Of a stretch of 14,232 bases of DNA, positions 7,521 through 14,232 are shown in pieces (position 1 is the stretch's first letter; every line of letters starts with the position of its first letter). Under the pieces are notes generated by a model. The model made no database searches, had not been told where the DNA came from, and saw only the letters and a program-made list of their open reading frames with translations. This stretch comes from Candidatus Hermodarchaeota archaeon (GTDB taxonomy: Archaea > Asgardarchaeota > Lokiarchaeia > Sigyniarchaeales > SOKP01), in NCBI GenBank assembly GCA_048885535.1, contig JBHLLO010000076.1, forward strand, positions 1 to 14,232. Reading direction: 5' to 3'. The position numbers and the translations under genes were made by a program.

Positions 7521-7532
7521 TTTTATATAAAA
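7521..7532 (-). promoter_or_regulatory. TATA box positioned for a leaderless or short-leader transcript of the 7346-7498 ORF
   Basis: Minus strand TTTTATATAAAA, centred about 29 nt upstream of the ATG at 7498. The background is AT-rich and the motif is palindromic, so the strand is inferred. Confidence 0.5.
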
Positions 7533-7651
7533 TAAGAAATAGAAATTATTAAAGAATATTTCTTATATTTAATAATTTTAGGAATATACTAAAGTTTTGA
7601 AATCTTTTATAGAACATATTAAAAAGATAGCAAACATTTGGCGGTCTTGTC

Positions 7652-7918
7652 ATGGGTATAAAAAAAGAGCTTAATGAAATGAGAAGAAGTATAGAAAGAA
7701 TGGCTGTAGAATTACATGATACAAATAAAGCAATAAGAGAATCGTTAAAGTTAACTTCTGATACAATAAAGGACATGAGTGAAAATTTTTCAAAAACATT
7801 AGAAGAATCTCTTAAAATTATGCGAGATATGAAGATTCAGATGGACATTAAAGACACTATCTTTAAAACTCTTGGAATCGATGGATTATTAACAGACTTT
7901 TTGAAACGGAAGAAATAG
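7652..7918 (+). CDS. Hypothetical 88-aa coiled-coil/amphipathic helical protein
   Basis: No Pro, heptad-like hydrophobic periodicity, Met/Lys/Glu-rich, ends LGIDGLLTDFLKRKK. Confidence 0.8.
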   Translation: MGIKKELNEMRRSIERMAVELHDTNKAIRESLKLTSDTIKDMSENFSKTLEESLKIMRDMKIQMDIKDTIFKTLGIDGLLTDFLKRKK

Positions 7919-7948
7919 TTATTTCTAATAAAAATTTCATTTTGAGGA

Positions 7949-8140
7949 TCAATATTCTTTTTGCCTTCTTTTAATCACAAAATACATAATTGTGAGAGAT
8001 ACTAAATAAACTATAGTTATAATAAACCACAAGGCAAATTCAGTTATTGATTGATTAATTAATGCTTCTATGGCTTTATATATAAAAAAAACACTAAAAA
8101 GACTTAATAAAGTTATCCGGAATCTTAATTGTCTATCCAT
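7949..8140 (-). CDS. Hypothetical 63-aa membrane protein with two TM helices
   Basis: Two hydrophobic stretches flanked by basic termini (RQLRFR, KRRQK), consistent with the positive-inside rule. Confidence 0.78.
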   Translation of the reverse strand: MDRQLRFRITLLSLFSVFFIYKAIEALINQSITEFALWFIITIVYLVSLTIMYFVIKRRQKEY

Positions 8141-8238
8141 AATATAAAGTAATTTCTCAATTCTTTATTAAATAAAATAATTTTTAAAATTAAAAGTATA
8201 ATAAAGATTATTAAATTATGTTTTAATTTTATGATAAA

Positions 8239-8439
8239 ATGTCTAAAAATCCTCCTTTTTGCTATATTTGTGGAAAAAATTGTGAAGATTTCCTTGATGA
8301 ATGTTATTATTGTATTTGCGATATCACTATCTGTAATGATTGCATTGATTCAGTTAGAAAAGATGAAACTTCTTGGATTTGTCCACATTGCAATGAAGTA
8401 CGAGCTATAGGGAAGACTAGGTTATTTAGGAATACATAA
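8239..8439 (+). CDS. Stand-alone Cys-rich binuclear zinc finger (C4C4 RING- or FYVE-like)
   Basis: 10 Cys in 66 aa; C8-x2-C11-x13-C25-x-C27-x4-C32-x2-C35-x12-C48-x2-C51, ending W-I-C-P-H-C. Confidence 0.85.
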   Translation: MSKNPPFCYICGKNCEDFLDECYYCICDITICNDCIDSVRKDETSWICPHCNEVRAIGKTRLFRNT

Positions 8440-8529
8440 TTCCTGAATCACTCTAAATTTTATTTCATAAATAATTATAAACTCTCCAAATTTCTATTTA
8501 CTTAATAAAAAAATTGATTGATATTCATT

Positions 8530-9015
8530 ATGAGTAAAATATCGAAAATATTGGAAATCAATAATTGCAATAAAAATTCTCTCTTGAAAGCGATTTATAC
8601 ACCCAAATTTTGGGAGGAAATTAAACCAACTAAGAAGTTAGAAGCCCAATTCATCGCTCCTAATGTTTTATATACTAAGGTTTATGATGAAATTAATATA
8701 GTTAAGGTTCCAATAGAAATGGAAGGAGAATTAGTATTAAATGATAAAGGAGAGGACCCAGGTAAAGGTAGATTAATAGAATTTAACGTGAGAAACAATA
8801 AAGATGTAAGGGAATTAGAAGGGCGGTTAAGAGTTAAAGAATTGAGTCCTAATAAAACTAAAGTTGGAGTGTTCATAGAAAATTTCGTTTTAAGTAGCGA
8901 TTTCCTTAATTTAATGGGTGGTGCTGCCGATCTCACTTTACAAATGAAAATAACAGACATGTTAAGAAATCTAGAGAAATATTGCAAAACTAAAAAGCTT
9001 GAAGAATTATTATAA
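8530..9015 (+). CDS. Hypothetical protein, probable SRPBCC/START/CoxG-like helix-grip fold
   Basis: About 160 aa; N-terminal strand, helix, P..W..I.P, alternating beta strands, TKV strand and a long C-terminal helix (..MLRNLEKYC). ATG at 8530 preferred over TTG at 8518. Fold judged by pattern only. Confidence 0.6.
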   Translation: MSKISKILEINNCNKNSLLKAIYTPKFWEEIKPTKKLEAQFIAPNVLYTKVYDEINIVKVPIEMEGELVLNDKGEDPGKGRLIEFNVRNNKDVRELEGRLRVKELSPNKTKVGVFIENFVLSSDFLNLMGGAADLTLQMKITDMLRNLEKYCKTKKLEELL

Positions 9016-9096
9016 AAACAAAATCAAAAGAAATTTATTAAGGAAGGTTTTTAATTTATTTAGAAACAATATCTAATAATTTTGGGTTAAAAAGAA

Positions 9097-9945
9097 ATGA
9101 ATATATGGATTTTAGATTCTCAATCTGGAATTACATTACTCTATAAATCGTATTTAGATTTAGCGCTAAATGAAGATCTAATTTCTGGCTTACTTACTGC
9201 AATCAACCAGTTTACAGTGTTCGAATTAAAACAAGGAATTGAAAGTATTGATATGTCTGGTCTTAGATGGGTATATCTAGAAGAGAAAGAGTTAAACTTA
9301 CTTTTTATAGCTGCTGCTGAGAAAGATGTTAATGCTGACATCTTAAAGGCAAGATTAAATATAATAATGTTGACCTTCATACAGCAATATGCCCAAGATA
9401 GAGAAGAATGGAAAGTATTATGGAAAGGAAATACAGATCTTTTTAATCCTTTTAAGGAAATAATTGATGAATATTATTCCCAATGGTTAACAGCCGAAAA
9501 TATAACAACACTCGCAGAATATTTTGATATATTGGGAGTATTTCAACAGATTTTAAATTTATTAATCAATGTTATTGAAGCTCATTTTCAACCCGCCAGT
9601 AAGGAAAGAGTTTATGAACAGATAGAGAAAATGTTTAAAAATTATTTAAGCCACGATTATGTACAACAACATCAAGAATTAAGTAAATTTTCTTTTGATA
9701 GAACTACTGGGATCAACATTATTAGTATAGACCCTAAAAATGTTGATATGATTATAGTTGAGAAGCAGATTGTGAATCTAATCAGAAGAATCACAGAAAT
9801 GATAAAATCAGAAGTAGGTTATCAGAAATCTTTGAGCTTTTTTATAGAGGAAAATATTTTTGAATATCTAGTATCGAATTTATCATTACTTAATGAATTA
9901 AACCTGTTTAAATTCCTCCTACGGCTATTTTTATTAAATAAGTAA
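9097..9945 (+). CDS. Longin-like N-terminal domain protein with an unknown helical C-terminal region
   Basis: IWILDSQSGITLLYKSY, LISGLLTAINQF, IESIDM..LRWVY, LLFIAAA, then a helix ending FIQQY and F..F...IDE: the beta-beta-alpha-beta-beta-beta-alpha-alpha order of longin domains common in Asgard archaea. Confidence 0.75.
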   Translation: MNIWILDSQSGITLLYKSYLDLALNEDLISGLLTAINQFTVFELKQGIESIDMSGLRWVYLEEKELNLLFIAAAEKDVNADILKARLNIIMLTFIQQYAQDREEWKVLWKGNTDLFNPFKEIIDEYYSQWLTAENITTLAEYFDILGVFQQILNLLINVIEAHFQPASKERVYEQIEKMFKNYLSHDYVQQHQELSKFSFDRTTGINIISIDPKNVDMIIVEKQIVNLIRRITEMIKSEVGYQKSLSFFIEENIFEYLVSNLSLLNELNLFKFLLRLFLLNK

Positions 9946-10019
9946 TATTTTATTAAGATTTATTAAAAAAAATTTATTTAAAATATTATTAATAATCTCT
10001 AATCTCAAGTAATTTCATA

Positions 10020-11336
10020 ATGAATATCCCTGTTTTAATTATTCTATTCATATTATTTATATTAATTATATTAAGTTACTCAATGAAAAATGCTGATTTT
10101 GTTGCGATTTCCTTAATATGCATGTTCACTGGAGCAACAATCACTTTTTTAGTTTTAGAGGTTCAATTTACAGATTTTATTCAAATGATTGAATGGGAAG
10201 CAATCATAATTATTCTAAGTATGAGTTTAATAACAAAAGTTGCTCAAGATTCAAATATTTTAGAGTTTGTAGCAGTTAAATTATTTAAATTGTCAAGAGG
10301 AAACCAGAGAGCATTTTTATATCTACTATGTATTATAACTACCTTACTAGCTGCAATAATTACTGACGTAGTTGTTGTCTTGATTTTAGCTCCGGTTGTA
10401 GTTAGATTGTGCCACTTTTTAAAAATAAGGGCGGGAACTTATTTATTGGGAATCACTATATGTATAAATATAGGTTCTATGATTACTCCCTTTTCAAGCG
10501 GCGAAAATATAATCATTTCTACATATAACTGGTCTCCGCCTGTACCTGAATTAAACACTTTGTATTTTATTCAATATTACTGGATTTTTTCTTTCTTATT
10601 ATTATTTTTAACAATCTTTCTAATAGATAGATTTCTTTTATCAAAAGAACCAAAAATTGAAGATCAACAGAAAGAATTCGTATTAGAGTTAGTTGATGCT
10701 GACATTATGATAAAAAGCAAGAAGTATTTCTACTTTAACAGCATTGCAATAATTATAACAATAGCATTATTTGCAATTTTACCCCTTCTCTATTTAACAG
10801 CGATTATTTCAGCCTTAATTCTCGTAATTGCAAATAAAAAATTTTCAAAAAAACCAATGGGAGAATTACTTAGAGATATTGAATGGGAAATCATATTTTT
10901 TTTCATTTCATTATATGTTATTGTTGGCTCTCTTATAGAAGCTGGATTTGCTGAAATTTTTCAAGCTATTCCTTTTCAATTAATAGATCCAATACTTCTG
11001 TCTTTCTTATTACTTATTGCAATTAGTTTAATATCAGGATTTGTAGCTAACACTCCTACAGCGTTAATATTTTTACCTATCGTAAATACTTTAATAGATG
11101 GTTTTTCTTTTCCGTACATTCCTCTAATATTTTCCTTAATAGTTGCTATAAATCTTGGGGGGAATTTTATTCCACAAGGCGCAGCGGCTGACATGATGAC
11201 TCTAAAAGTAGCAAGAGATAGTGGGGTGGAAAATCTTAATTATAAAAGATTATTAAAAATGGGGGCAATTTTCGCAACGATTCATCTACTAGTATCAATG
11301 TTATATTTACTAATATTGATTCCATTCTCAGGGTAG
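10020..11336 (+). CDS. Ion-transporter superfamily permease (ArsB/NhaD/CitMHS, P-protein-like); substrate unknown
   Basis: About 12 hydrophobic segments with internal duplication (IEWE twice; NIGSMITPFSSGENII and NLGGNFIPQGAAADM; SGFVANTP). Confidence 0.88.
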   Translation: MNIPVLIILFILFILIILSYSMKNADFVAISLICMFTGATITFLVLEVQFTDFIQMIEWEAIIIILSMSLITKVAQDSNILEFVAVKLFKLSRGNQRAFLYLLCIITTLLAAIITDVVVVLILAPVVVRLCHFLKIRAGTYLLGITICINIGSMITPFSSGENIIISTYNWSPPVPELNTLYFIQYYWIFSFLLLFLTIFLIDRFLLSKEPKIEDQQKEFVLELVDADIMIKSKKYFYFNSIAIIITIALFAILPLLYLTAIISALILVIANKKFSKKPMGELLRDIEWEIIFFFISLYVIVGSLIEAGFAEIFQAIPFQLIDPILLSFLLLIAISLISGFVANTPTALIFLPIVNTLIDGFSFPYIPLIFSLIVAINLGGNFIPQGAAADMMTLKVARDSGVENLNYKRLLKMGAIFATIHLLVSMLYLLILIPFSG

Positions 11337-11355
11337 ATTATAAAAGATTTTCCCT

Positions 11356-12612
11356 TTAAGGGAAAAAACCTCTTAATTCTATAGCTTTAGCAAGTCTCCC
11401 AACAGCAATAATATAAGCTGCTGTACGGAGTTGAATCTTTCTTTCTTGTGAAATTTTATAAGTCTCTTCAAAAGCATCTAAAATAATTCTTTTTAACTCC
11501 TCATTAATTCGATCTAATTTCCAAAAGTATGAGTGAATATCTTGTAAATATTCAAAATACGAAACACATACTCCTCCACTATTTGCCAAAATATCAGGTA
11601 ATACACTTATTCCCTTTTCGAATAATATTTTATCAGCCTCTGGAGTTGTGGGTCCGTTTGCTCCCTCTAAGATAATTTTGCAATTTAATTTATCAGCATT
11701 TTCCTTTGTTATTTGATTCTCAATAGCAGCAGGTATTAAGACATCACATTTGCCTGTAAGAAGTTCTTCGTTTGTAATGAATTTATAGTTATTATCTTTA
11801 TAATCTTCTAGATAATCGCCTTGATTGACCCATTCTAAAAGCTTAGGAACATCTAATCCCCCTTCATAAAATATACCCGTTGATATATCCGATACAGCTA
11901 AAACTCTACATCCATCATCATAAAGTAGTTTAGCAATTGTACCACCTACATTTCCAAATCCTTGTATAATATAGCTTAATTTTTTATAATCATAATTTAA
12001 TTTTTTACAAATTCCCTGTAATACAAAATAAAGACCCATACCTGTTGCTGACTCTCTCCCCACAGATCCTCCTATTTCAATAGGCTTCCCGGTTACTACA
12101 CCAGGAATAGATCGTCCTTTTTGCATTGAATACGTATCCATAATCCATGCCATGACCTTCTTGTCTGTCGCTATATCTGGAGCTGGAACATCAATATCAG
12201 GTCCAATGACGTTAATTATTTCCGCAGTATACCTTCGGGTTAATCTTTCTAGCTCTCTTTGTGATAGCTTCCGTGGATCTACACATACACCTCCCTTTGC
12301 TCCTCCTAGGGGAAGATTAAGAAGCGAGGTTTTGAATGTCATCCACGTTGCTAAGGCTTTAACTTCATCTAAATAGACATGTGGTGAATATCTGATACCA
12401 CCTTTTCCAGGGCCTCTAACAGTAGAATGATGCACTCGATAGCCTTCAAAAATTTTTAAAGATCCATCATCCATCATGATTGGAATCGAAACAATTAAAG
12501 AACGCTCAACTCTTTTAAGATATTCCGCAACATTCGGATCCAAGCCCATTTCCTTAGCAACAATATCGATTTGCTTTTTGGCAACGTCAAAAGGGTTTAT
12601 TTCATTTACCAT
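11356..12612 (-). CDS. gdhA: Glutamate dehydrogenase (Glu/Leu/Phe/Val dehydrogenase family), paralog 1
   Basis: GPGKGGIRY, MTFK, GGAKGG, DVPAPD, VTGKP..GGS.GR, QGFGNVG, EGANGP, PDILANSGGV.VSYFE. Start placed at MVNEINPF (12612) by alignment with paralog 2; ATG at 12627 is possible. Confidence 0.95.
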   Translation of the reverse strand: MVNEINPFDVAKKQIDIVAKEMGLDPNVAEYLKRVERSLIVSIPIMMDDGSLKIFEGYRVHHSTVRGPGKGGIRYSPHVYLDEVKALATWMTFKTSLLNLPLGGAKGGVCVDPRKLSQRELERLTRRYTAEIINVIGPDIDVPAPDIATDKKVMAWIMDTYSMQKGRSIPGVVTGKPIEIGGSVGRESATGMGLYFVLQGICKKLNYDYKKLSYIIQGFGNVGGTIAKLLYDDGCRVLAVSDISTGIFYEGGLDVPKLLEWVNQGDYLEDYKDNNYKFITNEELLTGKCDVLIPAAIENQITKENADKLNCKIILEGANGPTTPEADKILFEKGISVLPDILANSGGVCVSYFEYLQDIHSYFWKLDRINEELKRIILDAFEETYKISQERKIQLRTAAYIIAVGRLAKAIELRGFFP

Positions 12613-12687
12613 TTGTTCATTCCACATTAGAGAATAAGTTAAAAAATAATTAGACAAGTTATATTTTAAATTTAAGAAGAACATAAG

Positions 12688-12700
12688 ATATAAAAGTTAC
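12688..12700 (-). promoter_or_regulatory. BRE-TATA promoter for minus-strand gdh
   Basis: Minus strand GTAACTTTTATAT, about 75 nt upstream of 12612; same AACT-then-TATA layout as the other promoters. Confidence 0.5.
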
Positions 12701-12724
12701 GGATTAAATCATTAAATCCCTAAA

Positions 12725-12750
12725 GGAAAGTGTGAATTTTTGAACTTTCC
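12725..12750. promoter_or_regulatory. Inverted repeat (candidate operator) between divergent gdh promoters
   Basis: GGAAAGT-N12-ACTTTCC, perfect 7-bp arms. Confidence 0.45.
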
Positions 12751-12775
12751 CAAGATCTTCCCCTTATTAAATTGA

Positions 12776-12789
12776 AAACTGTTTAAATA
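12776..12789 (+). promoter_or_regulatory. BRE-TATA promoter for plus-strand gdh
   Basis: AAACTGTTTAAATA about 85 nt upstream of ATG 12874. Confidence 0.55.
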
Positions 12790-12873
12790 ATTGTCCCCAT
12801 TATATAGAAATATTGAAAAAAAAATCAAAAAAAAATAATAATTGACTTAATTAGGTAGATAGGGATAAAGATT

Positions 12874-14124
12874 ATGTCTGAAAGTTTAGATCCATTTAAA
12901 ATTTCGCAAAAACAATTAAGAGAAGCATGTGATTTAAAAGAGATTGATAATGATATTTATCAAACTTTAAGTGAGCCTGAAAGATTTGTTCAAGTCAAAA
13001 TCACCATTAAAATGGATGATGGAAATATTAAAACCTTTAAGGGATTTCGAAGTCAATACAATTCAGCAAGAGGTCCAATGAAAGGAGGTATACGTTGGCA
13101 TCCTGAAGAAAGTGCTTCTTTAGTTAAAGCTCTCAGCGCATGGATGACTTGGAAAACAGCGTGTGTAGATATTCCACTTGGGGGCGCGAAGGGGGGAATT
13201 ATTTGTGACCCTAAAGGGATGAGTAATAAAGAATTAGAATCTTTAGCTAGAAGCTATATTCGACAACTAGCTGACTTTATTGGTCCAAATATTGATGTAC
13301 CCGCACCTGATGTCTATACTAATCCGCAAATTATGGCTTGGATGATGGATGAGTATGAAAAGATTATACGTAAACATTCTCCTTCTGTAATTACAGGTAA
13401 GCCACTATCTTTGGGTGGAAGCGCTGGAAGATCAATAGCGACAGCTAAGGGAGGAGTATTTACAATTAGAGAAGCAGCTAAGGATATTGGTTTAGAACTA
13501 AATGGAGCAACTGTGGCGATACAAGGATATGGGAATGCTGGTTCATGGGCTGCTAAAATCCTACACGACGATTTAGGGTGTAAAATTATTGCAGTTTCAG
13601 ATTCAAAAGGAGGTGCATTTAGTCAAAATGGGATTGATCCATATAAAGCAGCAAGTCATAAAGAGAAAACGAGAAGCGTCATAGGCCTAGAAGGAACAAA
13701 AACTATTAGTAATGAAGAATTGCTTGAACTAGAATGTGATATTTTAGTTCCAGCAGCTTTAGAAAACGAAATCACTGAAAAAAATGCGAAAGATATTAAA
13801 ACAAAAATAGTAGCTGAGTTAGCAAATGGTCCCACAACTCCTGATGCTGACAGAATTCTATTTAATAACGATATACTTATGATTCCCGACTTTTTATGCA
13901 ATGCTGGTGGTGTAACTGTTTCTTACTTTGAAATGGTGCAGGGATATTATATGTATTTTTGGACCGAAAAAGAAGTATTTGCTGCTTTGGACAGAATAAT
14001 GACAAATGCTTATAGAGCGACTGTAGAGCATGCTAAGCAATATAATACCCATAATCGAATGGGAGCCTATATGATTTCTATCGATAGGGTTATTGAAGCT
14101 ATGAAATTACGAGGCTGGATTTAA
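12874..14124 (+). CDS. gdhA: Glutamate dehydrogenase, paralog 2
   Basis: [82 protein letters not shown]. Confidence 0.96.
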   Translation: MSESLDPFKISQKQLREACDLKEIDNDIYQTLSEPERFVQVKITIKMDDGNIKTFKGFRSQYNSARGPMKGGIRWHPEESASLVKALSAWMTWKTACVDIPLGGAKGGIICDPKGMSNKELESLARSYIRQLADFIGPNIDVPAPDVYTNPQIMAWMMDEYEKIIRKHSPSVITGKPLSLGGSAGRSIATAKGGVFTIREAAKDIGLELNGATVAIQGYGNAGSWAAKILHDDLGCKIIAVSDSKGGAFSQNGIDPYKAASHKEKTRSVIGLEGTKTISNEELLELECDILVPAALENEITEKNAKDIKTKIVAELANGPTTPDADRILFNNDILMIPDFLCNAGGVTVSYFEMVQGYYMYFWTEKEVFAALDRIMTNAYRATVEHAKQYNTHNRMGAYMISIDRVIEAMKLRGWI

Positions 14125-14140
14125 TTCTTAATTTTACTAT

Positions 14141-14160
14141 ATTTTCATTTTCTCTTTTTT
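14141..14160 (+). terminator. Oligo-T tract after gdh paralog 2; likely archaeal intrinsic terminator
   Basis: ATTTTCATTTTCTCTTTTTT starting 17 nt after the stop. Confidence 0.45.
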
Positions 14161-14232
14161 ATCAGAAGATAATAATCTATATAGACTAAACTTATTTTAA
14201 TTCAAGCAATTACTTTTTATAATTAACTGCAA

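Noticed and set aside
7937-7951. TGA ending the 63-aa membrane protein as a second Sec codon
   Set aside because: No Cys context, and read-through adds only S-S-K before another TGA; treated as an ordinary stop.
7549-11194. ORFs 7549-7776, 8682-8987, 9141-9380 and 10976-11194 (all -)
   Set aside because: Antisense to better-supported + strand genes; compositions typical of shadow frames.
12613-12684. 24-aa N-terminal extension of gdh paralog 1 in the ORF track
   Set aside because: AT-rich and not GDH-like; the ATG at 12684 sits only a few nt from the probable TATA box, so it would not be transcribed from that promoter.
12725-12750. NrpR operator
   Set aside because: NrpR needs GGAA-N6-TTCC; spacing here is N18.
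12152-13901. Antisense ORFs 12152-12376 and 13656-13901 inside the gdh genes
   Set aside because: Short shadow frames opposite highly conserved coding sequence.

Overview
AT-rich, gene-dense archaeal window with no rRNA, tRNA, CRISPR array or mobile element that I can recognise. The gene content (a longin-like protein, an SBBP beta-propeller surface protein with a C-terminal TM/basic anchor, a RING/FYVE-like zinc finger) and BRE-TATA promoters suggest an Asgard archaeon, probably Lokiarchaeia. This assignment is inference. It carries 14 credible ORF-track genes: a stand-alone receiver protein, a GH172/DUF2961 glycosidase with a C-terminal TM helix, a PIG-L/LmbE deacetylase, a rhomboid protease, a beta-propeller surface protein, a nucleotide-sugar dehydrogenase, two small hypothetical proteins, a Cys-rich zinc finger, an SRPBCC/START-like protein, a longin-like protein, an ArsB/NhaD-type permease and two divergent glutamate dehydrogenases. 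The 5' end of a further gene runs off the left edge. The main find is absent from the ORF track: a 50-codon minus-strand frame (7346-7498) with its own TATA box and one in-frame TGA in a C-T-S-[TGA] (CxxU) motif, a candidate novel small selenoprotein. I could not find a canonical SECIS for it.
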